Below are positions 27,501-34,600 of a stretch of DNA of 64,000 nucleotides, in pieces. The notes beneath the pieces are model-generated. The model was not told the DNA's origin. It saw only the letters and a program-made list of their open reading frames with translations, and did not search any database. The DNA is taken from positions 3,061 through 67,060 of the forward strand of contig DASYTT010000095.1 of assembly GCA_036002045.1 (NCBI GenBank), written 5' to 3'. Position 1 is the stretch's first letter; each line of letters starts with the position of its first letter. The translations under genes and the position numbers were made by a program. The stretch is from Gemmatimonadales bacterium (GTDB lineage Bacteria; Gemmatimonadota; Gemmatimonadetes; Gemmatimonadales; GWC2-71-9).

Positions 27501-29885
27501 GATGATTACCGGATTCGCGTCCAGGGCGACCGCCTACCTCCGGCACCGTGGGCCAACGTCATCGCGAATCCGCGGGGTGGGTTCTTCGTCACCGAGCGGG
27601 GTGCGGGAACTACCTGGGCGGCAAACAGCTATTTCTTCCGCCTCACGCCGTGGCACAACGATCCAGTGAGTGACCCGGCAGGTGATGCACTGTACCTTCG
27701 CGACGACGAATCGGGAGAGTTCTGGGGCCCGACGCCGGCGCCGGTCAAGAGCGGTCGCCCGTATGTCGTCAAGCATTCGCCCGGCATCTCCTCGTTCGAG
27801 CACGAGCATGCCGGCATTGCCACCGAGCTCACTGTCGGTCTGGCGGGCAATGAACCGATCAAGGTTTCGTTGCTCCGGATAACGAATCGCCAGTCGCGGA
27901 GACGGCGGCTCTCCCTGGTGGCCTACGTCGAATGGGCGCTGGGCGTGCTGCGCGAACATACCCAGCACCAGGTCCGCACGGCTTTCGAGCCCGAGCTCGG
28001 CGCGATCTTCGCCCGCAACCACTTTCATCCTCAGTTCGCGCACCTAGTCGGGTTCTGCGCAGTGAGTGCGCCGGTCACCAGCCACACAGGAAGCCGGCAT
28101 GAGTTCCTCGGGCGGAACGGGACGCCGGCCGAACCGGCTGCGCTGCGCCAGGGCGAAGGGCTACTCAGCGGCACCACCGGTCCCGGACTGGATCCTTGCG
28201 CGGCGCTCGCCTGCGCGCTGGAGCTCGCTCCGGGTGAAACGCGCGAGGTCGCGGTCCTGCTGGGCGCCGCTCCGGATGAAGCGACCGCACGGCGGACGGT
28301 TGCCCAGTATCGCGACGTCGCCCGCGCCAAGCAGGCGGTCGCCGAGTCGGTGCGCGAATGGACGGAGCGGCTCTCGGTGATCACCGTGCATACACCGGAG
28401 CCTGCGTTCGATGCCATGCTCAATCGCTGGTCCCTGTATCAGGCGCTCGCTTGCCGGATGTGGGGGCGCACCGCGATGTATCAGAGCAGCGGAGCCTACG
28501 GATTCCGCGACCAGCTCCAGGATGTGATGGCATTCGTCTACGCCGAGCCGGACCTCGCCCGTGCACATCTGGTGCGGGCGGCGGGCCGCCAGTTCGTGGA
28601 AGGCGACGTGCAGCATTGGTGGCATCCGGAGAGCGGACGCGGCGTGCGCACTCGCTTCTCCGATGACCTGGTCTGGCTGCCGTACGTGGTCGACCACTAC
28701 GTGCGCATCAGCGGTGACGCGGGTGTGCTCGACGAATCGGCGCCATTCCTCCGCATGCGCGCGCTCGAGCCGGGTGAAGCGGAGGCGTACGAGCTCCCGG
28801 AGAGCAGTGGCGAGAGCGCCAGCGTGTACGAGCATTGTCGGCGCGCCCTGCGGAAGGCATGCACCGCTGGTGCGCACGGCCTTCCGCTCATCGGCACGGG
28901 AGACTGGAACGACGGAATGAACCGGGTCGGGCTGGCTGGACGCGGAGAGAGCGTCTGGCTCGCCTGGTTTCTCATCGCCACGTTACGGAGCTTTGCCCAG
29001 CATGCGGATGCCCGGGGCGATCGGGAGACCGCGAGGGAGTGCCGCGCGCAGGCGGACGCCTACCTGGCAGCGGTCGAGACGCACGGCTGGGACGGCGCCT
29101 GGTATCGCCGGGCCTACTTCGACGACGGCACTCCGCTCGGAGCGGCGGTGAACTCCGAATGCCGAATCGACTCGATCGCGCAGAGTTGGAGCGTGATTTC
29201 CGGCGCCGGCGATCCGGCGCGGCAGGAGCAGGCGATGCAATCGGTCGAAGAGCATCTGGTGCTCGAAGACGCGCGGATCGTGAAACTGCTCACCCCGCCA
29301 TTCGACGCAATGCCGGAAGACCCCGGATACATCAAAGGCTATGTCCCCGGCGTCCGGGAGAACGGCGCGCAGTACACCCATGCGGCGGCGTGGGTCGTGC
29401 TTGCCACGGCACTGCGCGGTCAGGGGAACCGTGCGTTCGAGCTGTACCAGATGCTCAATCCACTCACCCACGCCGCGACGCCGGCCGGCGCGGCAAAGTA
29501 CAAGGTCGAGCCCTACGTGATCGCCGCCGACGTCTACACGACCCCCGGATCGCTCGGGCGCGGAGGGTGGACCTGGTACACCGGATCCGCGAGCTGGATG
29601 TACCGGGTGGGGCTGGAAGCGCTTCTGGGGTTCACGAAACGGGGCGCTACCCTGCGGATCGATCCCTGCGTCCCGGCGCAGTGGCCCGAGCTCACGATCG
29701 AGTACCGCTATGGGACGAGCCTCTATGTCATCGTCGTGCAGTCGCCGGGAGCGATCCGTGGCAACGGATCCGAGACAACTCTGGATGGAGCTGCGCTGGA
29801 AAACGGAGTCATTCCCCTCGTGGATGACGGACGACCGCACGAAGTGGTCGTGCGCCCACGCGTGCCGGCGACTCAAGGAGTTTGA
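21531..29885 (+). CDS. ndvB: cyclic beta-1,2-glucan synthase (GT84 glycosyltransferase + GH94 phosphorylase-like domains), 2784 aa
   Basis: Size and layout match NdvB/ChvB/Cgs: an N-terminal region (PIRGELLGAEHLAERA), TM helices, a GT domain with VITLDADTVLPPEA, then a C-terminal GH94-like alpha/alpha barrel (DQLQD.., GDWNDGMN, RENGAQYTHAA). Confidence 0.9.
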   Translation: MRALFSRWLRPRRRSAMSTEYRLAGPIRGELLGAEHLAERARTLATRQRLVPVRRRPRRARLLNRLNATRSLLDSAHARLAAASLQGTDIGPAGEWLLDNYHVVQEHVREVHESLPRDFYRELPELASGPLAGYPRIYELVITLIAHTEGRLDSDNVDPFFDAFQEKVALSIGELWAVPAMLRLGLLENIRRMALRTVQRLDEVEEADRWVARIQADNAQDSTILADTLAEFVLEPPALSSIFVSRFLHQLRQASGAFPPLVWLEEWITSAGLSPDEATARATERLALTKLMMANSIMSLRGITQRDWRKFVEHESRMERVLREDPAGFYPQMTFATRDQYRHVVERIAKRIRRSEDAVAREAVELARAGAAADPRRGHVGYYLIDRGLAGLEATLGYRPRVGEALYRWILRHPNSVFVGGILAFTAVALLALFQLAGESARSAWLAVALIALLPATDLAVNMVNQLVTVLLPPRLLPKLDFRDHGVPEEYRTAVVIPTLFESVDEVGDALANLEVQYLANREAHLHFALLSDFKDSAIETRESDAGIIAAAEAGVRDLNARYAPESQDAFYLFHRPRRWNERQGVWMGWERKRGKLQEFNQFLRGGAQEAFTTVVGDVESIRRVRYVITLDADTVLPPEAGAVLVGALAHPLNHAEYDPELARVVRGYGVLQPRVGVSLASAHRSRFAAIHSGHPGVDPYTTAVSDVYQDLYGEGSYTGKGIYDVDAFERATEGRFPENTLLSHDLIEGNYARAGLATDITVYDDYPTGYLTFTRRKHRWIRGDWQLLQWLTPWVPGLHGLERNRLSLLSRWKLLDNLRRSTVELAQLAFLLAGWTILPGSPLRWTLLGLGAIVAPWVLALLLAVVRPPSDKSWRAYYRAVGQDALTSAQQVALAITFLPHQAWVSLDAIVRTLWRLFVTKRKLLEWETASRAERVTSGTPQEMWRAMGPAVAAMSLAMLGTLVLGQLRGSPGLGPLAVALLPLALLWAVAPAIAYALSAPIAPLVRTLSEASRAVALRYARLHWEYFERFVLAETNWLAPDNFQEHPVPTVAMRTSPTNLGLQLLATVSAYDLGIIQLADMTVRLERAFLSLARLPRFRGHFYNWYDLRSLATLEPAYISTVDSGNLAGHLMALRQACLALADDPAAGQGDLARRLEVLAEQAQEYITAMDFGFLFDPSRKLFSIGYNPATHALDPSYYDLLASEARLASFVAIAKNDVPFSHWFRLGRGLISAAGETALVSWSGSMFEYLMPLLVMHSFPFTVLGQTYDGALDIQIAYGSERGVPWGISECAYNLRDRHRTYQYRGFGVPALGLKRGLARNLVVAPYASALAALIDPERALQNLQTLEGMGLLGAYGFYDAADYTRPDPGQPFALVRNYMAHHIGMTLVALSNTLQAQLWQQRFHSDPMVRATALLLDERVPRRLALLPAQTAHPDEAPPPAEPARPVVREIATPHTQQPHVALLGHTPYTVMVSNAGGGYSRFEDLAVSRWRADGTRDHTGQFCYVKDLTRRRAWAAGYQPLCAEADWYRAFLATDRVTLERSDGEIETKLEIVVVPEDAAEVRRVTLTNNGSETRELELTSYGEIVLAPPETDRVHPAFANLFVETEWHEWCTAITATRRPRSATERALWCVHVVDSGKERVGTASCETDRARFLGRGRTPRDPIVLEQDGALSGTTGAVLDPIFALRTRVRLLPGQTASVAFTTLVATSRERAFALADRYHDSHTAQRSLDLAWTSTQIELRELEISPTDAAVFQDLAGYLIYPNPALRAPTEELRADQGSQQQLWANGISGDWPIVLATIESAEGLATLQQVFLAHRYWRRRGMTIDLVVVNAQPHSYQQELNDRIIETMLATSGSGVADAPGGIFIRQLGSLVPADLRMIAVTARVRIPCDGRPLARLVAESRLPTFPDSLEREPEPPPPRRVERSTLPFLSLAERIRNRAASVIGLTRSPQHADVPQALDPAPAAAGPLRFDNGLGGLTLEDDYRIRVQGDRLPPAPWANVIANPRGGFFVTERGAGTTWAANSYFFRLTPWHNDPVSDPAGDALYLRDDESGEFWGPTPAPVKSGRPYVVKHSPGISSFEHEHAGIATELTVGLAGNEPIKVSLLRITNRQSRRRRLSLVAYVEWALGVLREHTQHQVRTAFEPELGAIFARNHFHPQFAHLVGFCAVSAPVTSHTGSRHEFLGRNGTPAEPAALRQGEGLLSGTTGPGLDPCAALACALELAPGETREVAVLLGAAPDEATARRTVAQYRDVARAKQAVAESVREWTERLSVITVHTPEPAFDAMLNRWSLYQALACRMWGRTAMYQSSGAYGFRDQLQDVMAFVYAEPDLARAHLVRAAGRQFVEGDVQHWWHPESGRGVRTRFSDDLVWLPYVVDHYVRISGDAGVLDESAPFLRMRALEPGEAEAYELPESSGESASVYEHCRRALRKACTAGAHGLPLIGTGDWNDGMNRVGLAGRGESVWLAWFLIATLRSFAQHADARGDRETARECRAQADAYLAAVETHGWDGAWYRRAYFDDGTPLGAAVNSECRIDSIAQSWSVISGAGDPARQEQAMQSVEEHLVLEDARIVKLLTPPFDAMPEDPGYIKGYVPGVRENGAQYTHAAAWVVLATALRGQGNRAFELYQMLNPLTHAATPAGAAKYKVEPYVIAADVYTTPGSLGRGGWTWYTGSASWMYRVGLEALLGFTKRGATLRIDPCVPAQWPELTIEYRYGTSLYVIVVQSPGAIRGNGSETTLDGAALENGVIPLVDDGRPHEVVVRPRVPATQGV

Positions 29886-30691
29886 GCCGCGTCACCCCGC
29901 CTCCGCGCGACAAATATCAGCTCCCCTGGATACATCGAGCCGTACGCACTCTTGTCGTAGTCGGCGTACAGATGTTCGACCGCGAAGCCGGCCCGGGCGA
30001 GCAGGTGCTCCGCCTCGAAACGGAAGAGATAGCGCATCCGGATGGGTTGGACCAGGCGTTCTTGGCGTCCATCCGGGTGGGTCACATCATAGAGAAGCTC
30101 CACGTCATTTACCTGATTGAAGCGATCCTGGGCAACGGTCCGGTGGCGCCGGATGATGCGGCGGCCGTCCGCCATGGAAAACTCGGGCTCCGCACTGAAT
30201 TCCTCCCCGACCGGCCGGTGCGCCAGATAATCGAACGACGGATTGAAGAGATCGAGTATGAGGGTGCCCCCGTCGATCAGGTGCCGGCGGATGCTGTCCA
30301 GACAGGAGAGCTGTTCCCCCACGGTGAGCAGATGCTGGAAAGGACGAAACGGAATCGTGACGAGAGCGAAGCGGCGACTCAGCTCGAACCGCCGCATGTC
30401 GGCCTGTACCAGCTCCACCTTGGATCGCACGGCCTCCGGCTCTTTCCCCAACTGGCGACGGCAGACGGCCAGCATGCTGGAGGAGAGGTCCAGCCCGACA
30501 ATGTCGATTCCCGCTCGGGCTATGGGAAGCAGGACGCGACCGGTGCCGCAGCCGACCTCGAGCACCGGTCCGCCCGATTCCCGCGCCGCCGCAACGAAAA
30601 AGTCGACATCGCGCCGCTCCCGATAAGGCACGACGTGGTCGTAGAGCTCGGCGATGAATTCATAATCGTCGGGTTTCCCGGCGGGACTCAT
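29873..30691 (-). CDS. class I SAM-dependent methyltransferase
   Basis: ATG 30691 overlaps the upstream stop (ATGA). Motif I VLEVGCGTGRV, IVGLDLSSSML, and GGTLILDL. The 3' end overlaps the glucan synthase 3' end by 13 nt (convergent). Confidence 0.8.
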   Translation of the reverse strand: MSPAGKPDDYEFIAELYDHVVPYRERRDVDFFVAAARESGGPVLEVGCGTGRVLLPIARAGIDIVGLDLSSSMLAVCRRQLGKEPEAVRSKVELVQADMRRFELSRRFALVTIPFRPFQHLLTVGEQLSCLDSIRRHLIDGGTLILDLFNPSFDYLAHRPVGEEFSAEPEFSMADGRRIIRRHRTVAQDRFNQVNDVELLYDVTHPDGRQERLVQPIRMRYLFRFEAEHLLARAGFAVEHLYADYDKSAYGSMYPGELIFVARRRGDAAQTP

Positions 30692-31254
30692 GGTCCGACC
30701 TCCCGCAACAGCGCGTCGACCTGCGCCAGGAGCAGGTCCGTAGCGGACTGGACCGAGCGCCCCGTGGTGTCGAGCACCGGAATCCCCAGCGCATCGGCTT
30801 GTCCGCGGAGGTAGGCCGCCCAGGCATCCATTCGGCTGCCCGACAGCTCGGGCTGCGCAGGGGACCTGGTCAGCCGGGCGCGGCGATCCGCCGGGCTGCA
30901 ATCCACCAGCAGAATGCGGCCGAGCCGAATCCCGGACGACTCGAATGCGGCGACCGCAAAGCTCGGACGGGTTTGCGCGTCCAGCACCGCGAGCCGGGCC
31001 CCCTCCGGATTGGCTGCCAGGCGTTGCATCCATTGCTCCGTCATCACCCGCTGCCAGGCCTCGGGTCCCCCGAATTGCAACGTCATCAGCTCGACGGAGG
31101 GAACCCCGATGCTGTCGAAGTAATAACAGAGGACACCCGGGCGGGACGTTTCGATCGCCTTGACCAGCGTCGTTTTTCCTGCCCCGGAAGCCCCCGTGAC
31201 GACGAGCACGGCTGGTGGTGAAACAATGCGGCGTTGCTGGGCGGCACCCGTCAA
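30688..31254 (-). CDS. P-loop NTPase / small-molecule-kinase-like protein
   Basis: Walker A VTGASGAGKTTL, Walker B-like ILLVDC, followed by RRARLTR. The TTG 31254 start was chosen because it overlaps the cupredoxin stop (TTGA). The ORF-track start at 31308 would overlap 58 nt. Confidence 0.65.
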   Translation of the reverse strand: MTGAAQQRRIVSPPAVLVVTGASGAGKTTLVKAIETSRPGVLCYYFDSIGVPSVELMTLQFGGPEAWQRVMTEQWMQRLAANPEGARLAVLDAQTRPSFAVAAFESSGIRLGRILLVDCSPADRRARLTRSPAQPELSGSRMDAWAAYLRGQADALGIPVLDTTGRSVQSATDLLLAQVDALLREVGP

Positions 31255-31697
31255 TGCAGGGATCTCAAGGTTCCGAGCATTGAGTTCGCGTGGCCTGACA
31301 TCAGGCAAACGTAGGTGTAGCTACCGGGTGGAGGAACCGTGAAGGTGACTTCGACCGTCTGGCCCGGTGAGGCGAGCGGGGTCCAGGCAATCAGCTTGGC
31401 CTTAAGCGCGGCCGGGACATAATCGCCTCCCTGTTGCATTGCGGCGCTCGCGAGCGCGTCGATATCGGCCTCATTGCGTACCAGCACGAAGTTATGAGGC
31501 AACGTCCCGGCGTTGACGAAGCGTAGACGAACCTGCATCCCCTGCTTGAGCGCGATCGTGGGAGGGTCGAACTCCAGCGTGCTGCTGCTCGCGCGGACGG
31601 TGATGGTCGTGTCGACGGGCAGAGGGGCAGAGGGGGGGAAGGGCAGAGAGCTGAGGGATCCTCCCAGGAGTGAGGCGATCGCCACGAGCGGGATCAT
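31251..31697 (-). CDS. azurin-type blue-copper (cupredoxin) protein, secreted
   Basis: Signal peptide MIPLVAIASLLGGSLS. Type-1 Cu ligand pattern: LPHNFVL (His), then YVC-LMSG-H-ANS-M, with the Cys-x4-His-x3-Met spacing seen in azurin. ATG 31697 overlaps the upstream stop (ATGA). Confidence 0.8.
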   Translation of the reverse strand: MIPLVAIASLLGGSLSSLPFPPSAPLPVDTTITVRASSSTLEFDPPTIALKQGMQVRLRFVNAGTLPHNFVLVRNEADIDALASAAMQQGGDYVPAALKAKLIAWTPLASPGQTVEVTFTVPPPGSYTYVCLMSGHANSMLGTLRSLH

Positions 31698-34600
31698 GGC
31701 TGCTTGAATACCTCGGGCAGCGTCCAGCGGGCGGCGACCTTGGCAAATGCAGCAGTCAGCTCCGGCGAGGCATCGCGCGCCGAGGCAGCCAGTGCCGCGC
31801 GCTGCTCGACGCTGAGCTCGGGCGGGCTTTCCTGGGGCCAACCCTCCGCGATCCCGGTCAAGAGCGCGACCGCGAGCTGGGCGGTGGCTTGCGGGACGGC
31901 GCCGATCAGCTCGACGACCTTCGGGATGTCCTTCGGCGCGGCGTGATAGCGAGCGAGCTTGGCGACCGCTCGCTGCATTCCCGCGACTGCCAGCGAGTCG
32001 TTGTCGGGGACCCTGCGACGGACGAGCTCCCGGAGAAAATCCGGGCCCTGTTTGGCCCCGGCGATGGCCACCGCGTCCGGCAGCCAGGCATCCCGCGCAT
32101 TGGCAGGAAACATGATGATGTCCGCGATGCCCGCTGCCGCTCGCGGCGAGGCCGGCAGCTCCGACAGCGCCAGTAGCGCCTCGAGCCGCACGTGGGCATC
32201 GGCATCCTGGAGGATACCGGTCGGTACCGTGTACTCCACGGGCCAGGGGGAGCTGCGATCGGGAAGGATCCCTGCGGCAAAGATGGCGTCGGCGAGCTCT
32301 TGATCACGCGGCAACAGCATGAGCGCGGCCCGGCGGAGCGAAGCCGCGGGATGGTAGAGTGCGTTGCGCGCGGCCCTCAGCGCATCCCCCGGCTGACCCA
32401 GCGCACCGAGTCCCTGTAGCGTCCAGAGCGCGTGGAGCGCGGAGGGATTGAGGCCCTGCGCATCGACGGTCTGATCGTTGACGAGCTCGATCAGGGCCGG
32501 CACCACGTCCTGCTTGCCGCGCTCCACCAGCAGGCGTTGGGCTGTGAGGCGCCAGAACAGGTTGTCGTTCTTGAGGGCCCGGACCAGCTGCGGCGGCGAG
32601 GCCTTGTCGAGCCTCAGTGGCGGCGCGGCGCCGACGCTGTCGTAGGCGATCCGGTAGATCCGGCCGTGAAGCCGGTCGCGGTTGGGGGTCTCGTAGGCGT
32701 TGCCGGGACCGGTCTCGCAACAGCCCTGGAGATCCTTCGGCGTCGGGTTGTGCTGCGCGACCAGCGTGTAGAAGTCGGAAACCCAAAGGGCGCCGTCGGG
32801 CCCGACCTTTACCTGAACGGGCGCGGCCCAGGCATCCCGGCTGGCCAGGAAGCTCCAGCGATTCTTCGCGCGGAACGCCGATCCATTGTCGTTGAGCTCG
32901 AACATCCCGATAAGGTGGGCGGTCGGCTCGGCGACGAAGGCCACGCGATTCCAGTATTCCTTGGGGAACGCCCGCGCCGTGTAGACCTCGTGGGCCGCGC
33001 CCGCCGTGTAGCGACCGAACTGATCTACCTGCAGAATGTCGCGAACGGGGAAGACATCGAGCCGATCGGCGATATCGGGCAGCACGGTGTCGCGCGCGCC
33101 CATCGCACGATAGTAGCGGAGTGGAATGTGCACGAAGTTCGAGGGGCGGCTGTTTGCCGTGGAGCCGAAGACGAAATTGTCCTCCGTGAAGGCGACGCCC
33201 CAGGTGTTGTTGCTGGTGCGCGCGACGTATTCCAGCTCGGAGCCGTCACCCGGAAACCGGAAGTAGCCGGACCCGAACTGCCCGCGCGCGTAGGTGGTCT
33301 TCCCTACCGTGCCACGGAAGCCGTTGTATCCGAGCGAGCCCCAGACCTGATTATCGAAACCGTAGCGCAGGTTGCTGATGGTTCCGTGAGTATCACCGCG
33401 GGGGAATCCAGTAAAGAGGATCTGCTTCTCGTCGGCCTTGTCGTCCCCATTGGTGTCCTTGAAAAAGAGCATGTGCGGTGCCTGGCCTACGACGAGGCCG
33501 CCGTTCGCGAACGCGAGCGAAGTCGCCAGGTTGAGCCCCTCGGCAAAGACCGTCACCTTGTCGGCGACCCCATCGTTGTTGCTGTCCTGCAGGATGAGAA
33601 TCCGGTCGTGGCCCGGTACGCTGTCGGGAAGGACGACGTTGGGATAGTCGTTGGTCTCCACCGCCCACATCCGGCCGCGAGCATCCCAGGTGAAATCGAT
33701 GATGTTCCCGATCAACGGCTCGAACGCGAAAGGGGTGACGCTGAAGCGTGGCCGCAGCGTCATCAACAAGAGCGACTCGCGAGTGGGCAGCGCGTCCGGC
33801 GCCCGGGTGACGGCGGTATCCAGCGTGTTCCACGGAGCCGGCGGCCGCTTATAGGTTGGCAGCGGGACCGGCAGGTCGAGCATTTTGGGGGCCGGGCTCG
33901 CGGCGACGCGCGTCAAAGCGGCGTCGCCGGCCGTCCAGCGAATCCCCCGCTCTACCAGCCGCTGGAAGCCCGGGTTACCCCAGGTGCGCTGGTCGTGACC
34001 CCAGGCGGTGTAGAACACCCTGCCCTTCCCATAGGTGCGAACCCAGGTCCAGGGCTCATCGTGGCCGTTTTCCCGCCGTACTTCGAGCACGGTGCGATTG
34101 ACCGGGTTGTGCTTGGTGTGCACGTAGGTCTCATCCCAGCTGGTGAACGTCGGCACGTCCCTGATCGCGGGGTGATCGGGCGTAACCCGCACGACGCTGA
34201 ACGTATCGGTCCCGTGACTCTTGAAAGCGGCACCGACCAGCCGGATGAACTCTTCGGAATTCTGGAAGGAAGCCGAGGCGCAATGCAGCACCACCAGACC
34301 GCCTCCGTCTCCGACGAACGCGAGCAGCGCCGCGAGCTGCGGCTTGGAGATCGTGAGGTGATTGTTGTAGAGCATGACCACCTGGTAACGATTGAGCTCG
34401 GCGTCGTTCAGATCCTCGCGGTCGTCGGTGTAGAAGAGGTCGATACCATTCTGGGCCAGAATGGGCAGCAGCTCCTTGGCGCGCTGGGTGGGCCGATGAT
34501 GACCATTGTCGCCGAGGAACAAGACGGCCAGGCGGGCAACCGGGCGGCGGTTGGGCTGCTGGGCGATTAGGCGGGTCTGCGCATGAGCGGAAGCCGGCAG

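Noticed and set aside
30692-31033. 114-codon N-terminal extension of the methyltransferase ORF 29873-31033, overlapping the P-loop gene.
   Set aside because: The extension is low-complexity (Pro/Gly/Arg-rich). The ATG at 30691 gives ATGA coupling and a normal methyltransferase N-terminus.
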